Positions 51,919 through 64,000 are shown, numbered from the stretch's first letter. The stretch is 64,000 nucleotides of DNA from Glaucostegus cemiculus (GCA_976551045.1 CDPCPM010000026.1:6262001-6326000), one strand, 5' to 3'. Notes: generated by a model from the letters alone, not told the origin. Translations and numbers: made by a program.

Positions 51919-52345
51919 GAGTTCAAGTTTAGGTTGTCATATGCATACATACACAGGGTATAAGTACCATGGAAACTTTTTTGCAGCAGCATAGTACATT
52001 ACAAGATGAAGACAAACATAAGTTAATATACACTTGAAGTAACATAAATTATACATAACTTATATATGTGCAAAATAAACATACCAACACTAGTACAAGA
52101 CTGAGAAACAGAAAAAATATATTGTCTGAAGTAGCGTTAAGGTTTTTTAGATCAGTTAAAAAATCTGATAGCAGTGGGGAAGAAGCTGTTGTTGAACCTT
52201 GTGGTGTGGGTCTTCAGGCTTCTGTACCTCCTTCCTGATGGTAGCATCGAGAAAAGGGTATGACCTGGATGGTTGGATTCTCTGATGATGGATGCTGCCT
52301 TCCTGAGACATTGCGTCTTGCAGATGGTGATGGAAGCCCAAGGGA
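51919..52345 (-). mobile_element. Rex1/Babar 3' end
   Basis: ctgatagcagtggggaagaagctgttgttgaacc...caggcttctgtacctccttcctgatgg; (aacttg) tail. Confidence 0.85.
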
Positions 52346-55300
52346 CTAATGAGAAAAATGAACGGTATTGAGAAAAATCTTAACTTATTATTTGGATATA
52401 TTTGCTTTATATCAACATTAAATATTACACCAATGTAATTATGTGCTAATATATGTAATAATACAGTTGAATAACCTCTCAATGTTCACTAATTCTATTG
52501 TGGAAGTTAAGTAACTTTCCTCCTGGTAGTGAGTAGGAAAGAACCAGTAGTTTAATTTCATTCTTCAAGTGATATGCAAGCTTTCACTTCACACCAAGGT
52601 TATTGTCACCTTCAGAGTGCTGCCATTGGTGTTACAGCTCCATTATCAGAAAATGTTTAATTTTTTAAAATTATGAACTTTCACACCACTCAGTCTCATG
52701 GGGCTGTGATTTCCAGTGGGCTTAGTGCCATTTTGATGTCTTTTAGATTTTATTTTCAAGTCTAAAACCTTCATGTACTGTGTACTTCCATCTGCTTGAT
52801 GACACATGATGTAATTCCAGTGCATTGGTCTGATATTGCTCTGAAAGTGGACTTGGATTAATATATGTTGATAAATTTGGTTTAGCTAACCTGTTCAACA
52901 TGTCAATGAATAAAATCACACATTTGTGCCACGACACACAGAACTATGGCTACTATTGCAGACACAAAAAGCTCAAATGGAATATAACCCACATTGTCAT
53001 TAGCTGGACCTGCTTTCAAAGCAGTGATGATGTAATGTTCCTGTTTGTTGTATTGAAGATTGTAAGTGAGAATGAAACATTACTTATTTGTGGCAAACAG
53101 TGTCAGCATTAAGGGCAAGTACAACAATATTAGATGCAAAATAAAACTTTTTTTCCCTCCCCAATAATATATTCCAGCTGCAACTGCTGAAGAGTCCCTG
53201 TTACTTCAGCAGTGTGACTTTTTCCCTGTGTCATTCCATTCATCTCTTTCAGAAAAATTGACAACTTCACGTTGATTTTTTTTAAATTAGGAATAATTTG
53301 GTGCTGTGCATCAAGTCATGAAAGAGCTGAAGAGGGACTTCCCAAGTCCATCCAGTGCTCATGTGGGTCAAGAATATTGGGTCATCCTAACAATTACTTA
53401 AAGCTGATTTTATACATGCAGATTCCTTCTGCATTAAGTGCTATTGATTCTTTCCAATGACCAGAAGAGTATTTTTCAAGGACAAGCAAATTTAATAAAG
53501 AGGAAGAGGGAATTTTTTTGTATTCTTCAGACTGTTGTGTTGATAGAAATGGATTGAAACTAATTATTTAAGACAGGAATGCCTTTTAATACATTATAGA
53601 ATACTTTTACATACTGAAGAGCTGTATCTGAAGACATTGTAGTAAAGAGCCAATCAAGTATATTAATTTATTATCTTAATGTTGCCATTTCAATAGTAAT
53701 GGAAAACATCTGACCTCTGCACAGATTTTCTGTGCAAAATGTGTTAGCCCAAATCTTCCCCTCAAAGCTGAAAGGATTCCTGAGCATAGTCTAAATCAAA
53801 GCATTCAGCTATAGTTAGGTCCTGGCCCCAGGACACCTGTGTGCCCTTCTGGATTATCATTGGAACCCAACTGGGCAAAGCAGACTTCTATAGCTACCTC
53901 AGCTATCATGCTGGAAGTCTACTTGCTTAGCCAGCACTAGTTTAAACTGGACTCAAGTGCATTTATCCCAGTGAAATCGGTAGGAAGAAACAGTTACTGG
54001 GGGATGGTAAGTCGGCCTCTTTTTATTTGATTTATGTCAGTAAGTTTAAATGCATTTGATTAGTTTGAGTGTGTGTGACACATTTAATTTATTAATGTTG
54101 CTTTTATTATTTAATATTTCTTTTTGAATGCTTGCAAAGGTCAAAGGCATTCACAAACATTCAATTTCAGTAACTGCTCTGATGGCCGGTGAGTCTGGGG
54201 GTGAGGTCTCACAGGGAGTCTGATCCATTCTGGAGTTGAGCCGGCTACTTGTGATCTGGCAGCCCTTGCACTTCATTTGACTGCTCTAAATGTGTTGGGG
54301 GTCACATTCCCAGGACCTGTCTGGAAGGTACAGCCTGGTCCAGTGCCACAGGGCTGTCGACCTAGCAGTCAGCAGCATGTCTGCCCTAAAATTATTGCAT
54401 AGTTTGCCCATTGCAAATTTCAGAAACCTATTTTTTTCCAACGAATAAGGAGTGCCACTTTAAAATCCCATGGGATCATCTTCGTTTCTTGCTGAGGTAC
54501 TGGCCGGCTACCATTGAAGCCCCAGGGAAATGGCCTTTGGTGTCCATTATCTGCAGAATCTAAACAGTTCCACCAAAGTTATGACTGGAGGCTGAGAGAA
54601 TCTTTGGGATTTCAGGGCCTACTTTCCTACTGATAATGAATTATGTGCTTTTGATCTGTAACTTCAAACATTCATGGAATAATTAGGGAATGACATCATT
54701 GACACTACATTGGATTCTGTGAAGTGACGCGGCTAGGCTCTCGTTACTTGACCTTCATACTGATTGCAGGAGAACTGGTGGGAAAACTTGGTTTTAATAC
54801 AATTAAAGCAGAAAAATTTGGATGCTTCAGTGGTATGCCTTCTTGACACATTTAATTTTAATTAAATACTGACAACACAGTTATTTCACAGGTATTCCGA
54901 CCAATACAAAGGTTCAGGAACATGTGTACCATGCCCAAATTTCCAAGATTGCATGCATAAATGAGTTCCTATGATCCACATAGATAACATAACAATGACC
55001 CCAAGTCCAAACTGGCAACTAGGGTGTAAAGGGCCTTTGTTGATAAACAAGGATAGTTTCTATTCTTAAGGCAAATAACTGGCCAGGTCTTTCTGGCATG
55101 GTTCCTCCCACCCAGAATTGTGATCCATGGTCTTCTCATGCCCTTAAGTACCTGTTCTGGATGTGGAAGGTCCATCTTGCAGGCTAAAGTGTCCCAGACT
55201 CCAGTAGCATGGTCTGAGTGACAGCAGGACCTCCAGTCACACATTAAAGAACCTTCTCCCCTGAAAGCCTGAAAACTTCAACTACTCTCTGAAGCCCTGC

Positions 55301-58289
55301 CCTTGTTTTGCAAGCTGCAAAAGCCGTGAATGATGTTTAAAAGATTTTAAATGTCTCAGAATTTCAGAAACTTAATAACTGTTATAAAATTGAAAGGAAA
55401 TAATGAAAAAATAAATAAAAGAGAATAAAAATAACTATAGCAACTTTAAAAAATTAACTAAACAGTCATAATTTTAAAAAAGGAAATTACCTTCCCCTTT
55501 GTCTCAGATCTACAGTCATATAATCCCCATCAAATTCTGCATCAGGGTTTATCTGGTAGAGAATCTAAAAGGCAATTCATTACTGTAATCTCAGCAACGC
55601 TGAGCTGTACTACTAGACATCATGTAAAACCCCACAAGTAGAGGAAACTGATGGACCTGGTATAGCCAAACACTGGTGGTTCTGTTCAGAACCATCGGCA
55701 ATAACCGTCAAATTCTACTTTTCATTACATGTCCCAAATGTCACCACAGGTTTCACCATGGATTAATTCATAATGCAAGGGATGTTGTAACATTGTAGTC
55801 ATTGTAAAGATATAAACAAGGAGATAAGCAATATGGCTGGTGATATTGAAGCAGAATTATTAGGAAGGACATTGGTAGAGTCAAATCTTTAATTTCTGTT
55901 TAAGTCAAAACCACAAACTTTGTATAATGTCCAGTATGAAAGGCCACCCATTCTGTCTTTCATTAGCATCTCTGGTATTGACAGTTCCAAACCATTTTGT
56001 ATGCAGTGTGATAACAGATAAAATTGAATAAATGAGTGGCCCATTCCTTTCTCTCTCCATCAAGAAGATTAAGTGAAGTAAAAGTGATACAGACAGGATG
56101 CAGCCAATGACAATAATCTGTACATTTGCAAGGTCTCTCAGATTAACATGTACTCAAAATTGTTGATGCATGGTCATATTGGCTTATTCATTATTTAAAC
56201 TTTATGTTGTGTGATATTCCAATATATTTTGGCTTTTTTATTTGTATAGCAAGGATAATGTTTAGCAGCCAAATGGCATTGCAATGCTCCTTTAAATGCA
56301 ATTTCACATTATTAATGCAAAAGTTGAAGAAATTGTGGTCAGATTGGGGTAAAACCTCCCAGCTGTTGAAGCCATGTCAAAATTTGTGCTAAATCAATTA
56401 AATAAGAAACATGCTGATGTCATCATCTTAATTCAGTGGAGGATCAGCACGCATCCCTTAATCTGGCAGCAGATATAATTGAGATGATTATATAGTGAGA
56501 ACGAAGCTGTGGTTGACTTTTATGGTGGAAAACTGTCCAACAAAAGGATTGAGTCATTGAGACTGTTTTCGTAAAACCATTAACAAATAATGGTCATTTG
56601 ATTATTTTGAGACACAACAGAAAATCCCATTTCTAATCCAGTGTACTATTGTTTGGCACAAAGGATTTCTCAATGTATTAGTGTCCATATTCTTTGTCAA
56701 TTGGTGGGCTTGGACAACTACACAGATTATTATCCCTGTCTGCCATACACCCTGGCCGAATAAACCAAACATTGGGAACTGGAATCAAATTAAACTTTGA
56801 TCTATTAAATTCAGTTCTGTTATTAAGTAAAAGCACCAATGTCCAAAAAAAAGTGTTGCATGTGCTTCTAAAATCCCAATTGTGTGTCAAATATGGCAGG
56901 GAGCTGAATTCAAATAGCCCAGAATATAGAAGCAAGGATCCTGATGTATATTTAAACTTGTGCACATTCAATGTAATAGTGGCAATGCCATCATGAGCTG
57001 CCTTCCAAATATACTGTTTGCAGCATCCAGTCAGTGCTAATAATGTTCACTGACTAAATGCTTCAGCAAGGAGCCAATGCAATGAGTGGATAACAACAGT
57101 TAAAGCTATCCTGCACTTCTTCAAGGGGAGATGCATCTTGTTTGGAGCAAGTGTTGGCAGCTATTCTGTAAATGAAACAACTTGGAACACTGTGAAGGAT
57201 GAAACAACATGGGACAAACTGGGTTTCATGGTTTTCACTGTTGCTGGGCCTTGGTGGGAATGTGAGGAATGAAATGCCTAGCAGACACATTATGTGGCAA
57301 TAAATACCAGGGTCAACCTCCAAGGATTTAGATTCAGTGTCATTTAAGATGTAATAACCGTCAATGAATGCATCTTCAAGTGCTACATCCTCTCCACAGT
57401 ATTACCTGCTCTGGACATGAGATGATGTATCATGTTTCTACAAATAACTAATATCAATTAAGACTGGTACCTACTGTTCATGAGTTCGCTGTGCTCTCAC
57501 ACACTGAGCACCACATGCACCTCCAGCTCACAGATTACACACCCACAGCTACCTAACCATGGCAGCCACATCACCAAAATACATTGTACATCAGTCATTG
57601 TTCTGCAAGAAAAAAGGAAGTGCTTCAACATGGTTCATAAACAGATGCAAAGCCAGGCAATGAGAGAGGAAGGGCATGTCTATGTCTTGCTCCAGAAGGT
57701 GGTGATAGCTTTGTACATCAGTGGAAGACCTGTTGCAGGGCCAAAACCATTGAAGATGAATGTGTTGCTACCGTTAAGTTTTATGCCCATCATTACACTT
57801 TGTCACACCAACACTCCCTCCCCTGCAATCTAAAATCTCTATTGATCTCCAGCCTGCATACTGTACATTCCTTACTTTCCTCCCATCCCCAGCATCAAAA
57901 CGTTGAGGGAGGAAAGCTGTTACTCAGTTTCCTAGTCATAGCCATCACCTCAGGCACTCTGCCTGATGTAGGCATTGGCAGGGAGTTAGCTTTTGAATGT
58001 GATGAAAGCTTAAACCATCTCAACATTAGTTATTGAGCTGTAGTGTCCAGATAACTCAGTGCATGTTCAGAGACCGAGGTCCGTGTCATCAATTGATTCA
58101 CTGACATGAGAAGATGGGCCTTACACTTAATGTCAACAAGCTAAAGGTCCTCTACTATCCTGCACCAATTATAAAATGCTTCCTCTGACAATGAAGATCC
58201 CAGATGAGGACTGAGAAAACATGGACCATGTCTCTGCAGAGCCACCTTTCAGCAATGGCAGACATCAATGATAACTTTCACTGAAAATC

Positions 58290-58482
58290 AAAATAAATCT
58301 ACATATGCTGAAAGCTGAAATAAACAAGGAAAATTCAGGAAACACTCAGCAAGTGAGGCAGCACTTGTGGAAAGAGAAATGAAATTAATGTTTCAGGTCT
58401 GAAACCCTTTGTCAGAACTGGGAAAGAGAGAAAACAAGTCAGATACAGTTACAGAGAGCTGGAGGAAGGGTGAGTAGAACAA
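58290..58482 (-). mobile_element. Penelope terminal repeat with decayed hammerhead
   Basis: Reverse complement cagtt-ctgacaa-agggtttcagacct-gaaa-catt-aatt; ggaaacactcagcaagtgaggcagcac. Confidence 0.75.
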
Positions 58483-58923
58483 TTATTTCTTTTTCTCTCT
58501 CCCAACTTGCACTAATGTGCTTATTTTGATGTCTGAATTTTATCAAATTGTGGAAACTGGATATAAACTTACATTGGGTTACAGGGTGGGAACGGGGGAA
58601 ATCTTAGAAGCAAAGTGGGTAAGTACATGGAAACCTATAAGGGTCAGGTGACACAAATGTTAAAAGGAAATTTGATTAAAGTAATACGTATTAGGAGGAG
58701 GAAGGGAGATGTGAAACGAAGTGGGAGACAAGACGGATGTGCAAAGAATGTCAGGGGAAAGAGAAGTCACACAAGCTCAGCAGTGTGATGGAAGTCCTGA
58801 GCAGCACTGATTGCATGGTTTGTTAGTTCTGAGGAAGGGAGAAACAAGTCAGATACAGTTACAGAGAGCTGGAGGAGAGATGAGTTGTACAAATATTTAT
58901 TTGTCTCTCTCCCAACTTGCACT
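58427..58923 (+). repeat. ~87 bp direct repeat (58427-58513, 58838-58923) flanking an inverted insert
   Basis: aaacaagtcagatacagttacagagagctggagga...tctctctcccaacttgcact present twice. Confidence 0.92.
58541..58826. repeat. Inverted copy of 51332-51628
   Basis: Direct alignment of the reverse complement. Confidence 0.92.
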
Positions 58924-59090
58924 GTTGTCATTATAAATAGCTTACATGACAAAATAAGATGATTTTATACTAATTTAAGTTTATGTTAACTTATGTTCAT
59001 CATGTTTATAATGTACTGTGCTGCCTCTGCAAAAAGCTAATTTTCATGCATTCATTACCGTCATGCCCATGACGATGAACTTGAACTTGA
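58895..59090 (+). mobile_element. Rex1/Babar 3' UTR
   Basis: taatgtactgtgctgcctctgcaaaaagctaattttcatg...aacttgaacttga, like 9110-9150 and the reverse of 51919-52040. Confidence 0.75.
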
Positions 59091-60020
59091 ACAAAGGAAT
59101 AGCTCTTTCAGGGTGAGGTCAAATGAGTAAATGTGGCTGTCAGGGCTAGACTATGCTACTGTGTCCATGTTAAGTATTGCTAGTGAGAGGTTCTCTGTCA
59201 CCTTCAATGTGTCAGCTCTGCTTCTGGCCAGTTGAGAAAAAAGGCTGAGGAAGGAGAAGACCTTAAAGTCAGCACAAAACTCACAGTCTAACAGGCAGCA
59301 ATGATCTCTGTCCTCTATACGCTTCTGAGCCATTGAGTATCTACAGCAGGTACCTCAGAGGACTGTGAAAGTAACATTGTCACACCTCCCACAAAATCCT
59401 CCAAATCCACTGGTGAAGAAGCAAACTAACATTGCCCTTCTCTCCTGGGCCAACATTCCAGCAGAGAGCTTCTAATTATATTCATTCAGCTCAGATGGGC
59501 TGAATGGTCACATTGTTCACATGCCTCACACCATACCCTCCAAACAGGCACACTAATCTGAGCTTCATCATAGTAAGACATTACCAGGAGAATAGAGGGA
59601 AGGAATCAAAATGCTTTTGAAGTCTCCTTGAAATAGCATTACATTCCCCTGACTTGAGGGAATCCCTGGCCCGTGATGGAGAAGGAATGTCCTCTGGATT
59701 GCACCAAGAGCTTGTCTATTTGTTGGGAGTGCACAGAAGTCCAGTTTAATTGGCGGGAGGAGTGCACCACCTCCCAAACTACCCACACCCACTTTACCAT
59801 CTAGTAGAGTATCTCTTGCCTCAACTGTGGCAATTTCTGTGCGTCTTCCATCAGCCTCATCACATGCTGATGTTCTGCTGAAGAAAAGGAAAAGGAAGAA
59901 GTATGCATGACTTGCAGCTAGAGCTGGGGGGCAAGGATAATTCCATGGATAGTTTCTAGGAGACAAGGTCAGAGAGTTGGAAGAGCAGCCCTTGGAGGAA
60001 CAGTGATGGTTATGAACCAC

Positions 60021-60114
60021 AGCATGCAGGGTGTGTTGGGAAGCATGCAGGGTGTGTTGGGAAGCATGCAGGGTGTGTTGGGAAGCATGCAGGGTGTGTT
60101 GGGAAGCGTGCTGG
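60021..60114 (+). repeat. Minisatellite, 21 bp x 4 perfect copies plus a partial copy
   Basis: agcatgcagggtgtgttggga at 60021, 60042, 60063 and 60084. Confidence 0.97.
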
Positions 60115-60764
60115 AAAGCCATTTCAATGTCAGGAATCATGGAGGACCAGACACTGGCTTGGCTCAGGGCTTTGGGGGAGTGCTTTCCAGTGTGGAAGTG
60201 GTGACTGAATCCTGCAGCTGCATCTTCTGGCCAACGTTGTAGCTTTTGCTGCAGTCAGGAGTAGAAGCCATCAAATGCCGTGTGTTCCCGTGAATCATTT
60301 CACAGCTCTAGATTTTAGTGTCCAAAGGGTCTTGCAGACCCCCACATCAGTTTTGCAATCTGTCCTTGAATGGGTTACCAGGATTACTTGATAAGAGGTA
60401 TATAAGATTACGAGAAGCATAGACAGAGTGGACAACCTGCATCTTTTCCCTGCCTTGAAAGAGAAGTGATCATTCCAAGGAGCATGAACCTGCAGTCCTT
60501 TCTCAAGAAGGCAGCATTTCTCCTTCTTCCCTGATGCTGGCCCCATACCCCTTGTGCTTTTCCTGTTGCCTGTCTATTTACTAATGTCTGCTGCTGCCCT
60601 TGGCAGAGCCTTCTTGATCCAGAGCTGCTTGAGGTTTTCCTCCAAGGTCAACTCTCATCTCAACAGTTGATTGAGAGGCTTCCACCGGCTGTGCTGTAGC
60701 CACAGAACCAGAGGGTCACACACCATGGAAACAGGTCCTTTGCCTATTGTATTTAACATAAACC

Positions 60765-62155
60765 AATACAACACAGTGTGGGCCCTTCGGCCCACAATGT
60801 TGCGCCGACCTATATAAACCTTATCCCCATTCAATCTATCCCCCTCTCTACTTCACCTCCCATAACCCACTATTGCTATTTTGTCCATGTGCCTGTCTAA
60901 CAGTCTCTTAAATGACTCTATTGTATCAGCCCCTACCACCACCCCTGGCAGTGCATTCCAAGCAGCCATCACTCTGAGTTAAAAAACCTACCTCTGACAT
61001 CTCCCCTGAACTTTCCTCCTCACACCCTAAATGGGTGAGCTTTAATACTGGCCATTGCCATCCTGAGGATAAAATGTTGGCTGCCCACTCCATCTATGCC
61101 TTTCATAATCTTATACCCCTCTGTTAAGTCTCCTCTCATCCTCCATCTCTCCAAGGGGAAGAGCCCTAACTTGCTCAGCCTCTCCTCATAAGACATGTTC
61201 TCCAGTCCAGGCAACATTCTTGTAAGCCTCCTCGGCACCTTCTCCAAAGCTTCCTCATTCTTCTTATAATATGGCAACCAGGACTGAACACAATATTCCA
61301 GATGTGGTCTAACCAGGGTCTTATAGAACTGCAACATTACCTCTCTGCCCTTGAACTCAATCCCCCAGCTAATGAAGGCCAGCACACCATATTTCTTTTT
61401 AACTACCCTATCAATTTGCATGCAACTTTGAGGGATCTATGTACTAGAATCCCAAGATCATTCTGTTCCTCCACATTGCTAAGGATCTTATCGTTAACCA
61501 TGTACTCTGCCTTCAAGTTCGATCTTCCAATGTGTATCATTTCACACTTCTCTGATTGAACTCCATCTGTCACTTCTCTGCCCAGCTCTGCATTCTGTCA
61601 CTATGCCATTGCAACCTAAGACAACCTTTTGCACTATCTACTACACCACCAACCTTTGTGTCATCAGCAAACTTACCAAGCCATTCTTCTGCTTCGTCAT
61701 CTAAGTCACTTATAAAAATCACAAAGAGCAGGGGTTCCAGACAGATCCCTGTGGAACACCACTAGCCACTTTACCTTCATCAATCTGTCTTGTCACTTCC
61801 TTGAAAGGCTCTATTAGACTTGTGAGGCATGACCAGCCCTTCACAAAGCCATGTTGACAATCCCTTATAAGACTATGTGCCTCCCAATGCTCATAAAGCT
61901 TGTCCCTAGGAATCCTCTCCAATAGTTTGCCCACCACTGACGTAAGACTAACTGGTCTATAATTCCCAGGATTATCCTTTTACCTTTCTTGAACAATGGA
62001 ATAATGTTTACCATCCTCCAATTCCTCTGGTACCACCCCTGGGGCCAGAAAGTGCTCAAAGATCATTGTTAGTTCTCCAGCAATCTTTTCCCTTGCTTCC
62101 CTGGGGTATATCCTGTCCGACCCTGGGGACCTATCTATCCTAATGTTTTTTAGTA
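60765..62155 (-). mobile_element. CR1 LINE, 5'-truncated, with internal deletion
   Basis: FYKTLVRPHLEYCVQSW, QHGFVKGWSCLTSL, GVPQGS; about 180 nt is missing near 61770 relative to 47710-47890. Confidence 0.93.
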
Positions 62156-62309
62156 GCTGTCACATACCTGTTTACATTAATTCCACTTGGCAGTGCTTGG
62201 ACCAAAGCCTTCTATGGTGGTTCAAGTGCTCAGCTGAATACTCCTTCACTGTTGTGAGAGTTCCTGTCTCCTCTTAACGAAGCAGCACTGACTATCACTA
62301 ATCAATGCA

Positions 62310-62520
62310 ACACTGTATTTACCTGGCTTATTCCTGCTGTCTTTTAGAATAAAATTACCACCTTCACAGTCCTCCAGTCAGCTGCCATCTCTTCTGTGGC
62401 CAGAGAAGATTTGAAAATTTCTGTCAGAGCCCCAACAAACTCCTCCTGGCCTCTCAAAGAACTAGGAATACATCTCATCAGGCTCTGGGGATTAATCCAC
62501 ATTTCAGACCACTCACTAAG
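62310..62520 (-). mobile_element. Older CR1 fragment
   Basis: cagtcctccagtc...gtggccagagaagatttgaaaatttctgtcagagcccc...catcaggctctgggga. Confidence 0.65.
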
Positions 62521-62791
62521 ACATTTATTATCTCCTTCTTTACAATGCTATATTTTTCTGGAACTATAATGTCCTCTGTGGTGAACCCTGATGAGACAGA
62601 GAGAACATCAGGACAGGAACAGGAAAATGGACACCAAGGGAATGCATCAGTTGTATTGAAAATGGGCATGATTTAATATATGTGTTTAGTTTTGTGTTGT
62701 GACCTTGTCTTGTGTGACTATCAGTGATGGAAGTAAGGTAGGGGTGGGACTGTTGGTCTACAAAAAACTAGTTGTGGTGACCAGAATTGCA

Positions 62792-63400
62792 TCAGAATGG
62801 GTTCTTCATTGACGACCCCACAGGGTTTCTTGTTTCCTTATATTTGCTCCTCCTTCTCCGCAGCCTCGTCCTCCCATTCCTGCTTTTGTTCTTCAGCTGC
62901 TCACTGTGCATCAAGGGTTGTGCCCTCATGATGGCAAAGTTGTATGGCATGCTGGAGACCATTGCTGATCTCAACACCCACTCCATGGAGTAATGCAAGG
63001 TTCCAACAGAGCAGTTCATATCATGGACATGGTCTTTCAGCACACCAGCAGTCTGCTCCATCACACTTCATGGGGCAGAATGAATTTCATTGGATTGGTG
63101 TTGCCCAGGTTTATATGGGTTGTACACTAGCTTCATGAACGGTGTCCTCAGTGAACAGTCTGAGTCACCCAGCAGCCACCCTTTGATTTACTGTGAGGAA
63201 TCTGAGACTACTGCTGCAAAACCCATGGATAACATCATGATCTGCTCATTCTGTACACTTCTGTTCTCCGTGTGGTGTGTATGTGCTGAACCCTCCCTGA
63301 TACATGTCTGTTACATGGACACAGACTCTATTTTGGACCTCAGGGGTAGGACCTCGATTTGGCTATTTCACTTCATGCCTTGGATCTTTTATACATTTAT
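62792..63400 (-). pseudogene. Decayed Harbinger (HARBI1-like) DDE transposase
   Basis: IKGWLLGDSDCSL (GWLLGDxGYP-like, about 63150-63190) and MEQTAGVLK...GTLHYSMEWV...MPYNFAIMRAQPL (IEQTIGVLK...GALQYSPERV...MLHNLAI-like). Confidence 0.75.
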
Positions 63401-63679
63401 TATAAAAAGGTATTGAGTTTTTATTAATTTGATAAATAAAATGATTGAGTCCCAGTTCTTCCATTGACTCTGTATTAAAAAAAAAGGAAAGTTGTGAACT
63501 GTGAAATTGATATTAAATAAATATAAGAAGTAATAAAGTGCAATTTCTAGGAATGATTTTGATTAATGCCATATTTAGTCATGCTGGAGTGAGGAGTGAG
63601 TTTGAAGAGTTGGTTTAGTAGGATAGTAAGCACTGCAGCATGCTCTTGTAGAATGTTAATAAATAATTCAATGGGTAAA

Positions 63680-63890
63680 AGTACCAAATGATCCAAAATT
63701 CCATCCTAATTTTGCTGATCTCAGTTGGAACAGCAATTGAGGCACAATTGGCCTAATCACCCTTGAGACTGAGAAGGGGCAAAAGGCCAGTCGAGGTGTC
63801 TCCTGCCAACTGTTTTCGATTGATCCCTGCTGGAAAGTACGTGTGTTTGGGGGTTTGGTCAAAATACAATCAGGGTTAGTTACTGATTCT
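63680..63890 (+). mobile_element. Probable old SINE-like repeat
   Basis: gctgatctcagttgg...cacaattggcct...ccctgctggaaagtacgtgtgt resembles a chondrichthyan interspersed repeat (recalled, not verified). Confidence 0.4.
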
Positions 63891-64000
63891 GTACATTTTT
63901 GTTTAGATTGAACTCCTTCCATTTCAGTTTACAGAAGTTTTTTAAAAAATGGACATTTGGGTGAGAAACTGATGTTCATGGGATTACTCAGGAAAATGTT

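Larger units (their letters stand above)
58060..59870 (+). mobile_element. RTE-clade LINE relic in two pieces (58060-58285, 59325-59870)
   Basis: KMGLTLNVNKLKVLYYPAP, ENMDH, SAMADINDN; second piece KILQIHW, QLRWA..GHIVHMP and a terminal C2H2-like CLNCGNFC. Confidence 0.75.
57199..60700 (+). pseudogene. Decayed Harbinger Myb/SANT-like partner gene, split by nested insertions
   Basis: MKQHG...WFS...PSRH.MWQ*I and PRI*IQCHLRCNN (PRTWxQCRKKFND-like) at 57199-57360; LQEK...AL.ISG at about 57600-57725; LAQGF...LSSVEVV at 60160-60205. Similarity judged from memory. Confidence 0.5.

Noticed and set aside
60021-60114. CRISPR-like array
   Set aside because: Units abut with no spacers, and the context is eukaryotic.
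59568-60140. 190 aa minus-strand ORF with HASQHTL repeats
   Set aside because: Antisense to RTE and Harbinger relics and inflated by the 21 bp minisatellite; no domain recognised.

Overview
AT-rich vertebrate non-coding DNA, either intergenic or one very large intron. The repeat content points to a cartilaginous fish, probably a batoid (inference): HE1/V-SINEs, CR1, Rex1/Babar, L2, RTE and Penelope-like retroelements, DeuSINE relics, Harbinger and Tigger-like DNA transposons, and a solo LTR. I found no host protein-coding gene. Every recognisable ORF is a transposon fragment. Repeat family names were assigned from remembered motifs, not database searches, and boundaries of decayed copies are approximate. 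Main observations: (1) Penelope terminal repeats carry minimal type I hammerhead ribozymes whose stem III is a palindrome that can only pair in a dimer; one copy is intact (18636-18673) and several are decayed; (2) a ~290 bp inverted copy of sequence from 7 kb upstream is inserted between ~87 bp direct repeats, resembling a templated repair insertion; (3) a solo LTR with a perfect 5 bp TSD splits a LINE endonuclease relic that has a SINE-like tRNA head; (4) a fragmented two-gene Harbinger element spans about 57.2-63.4 kb.
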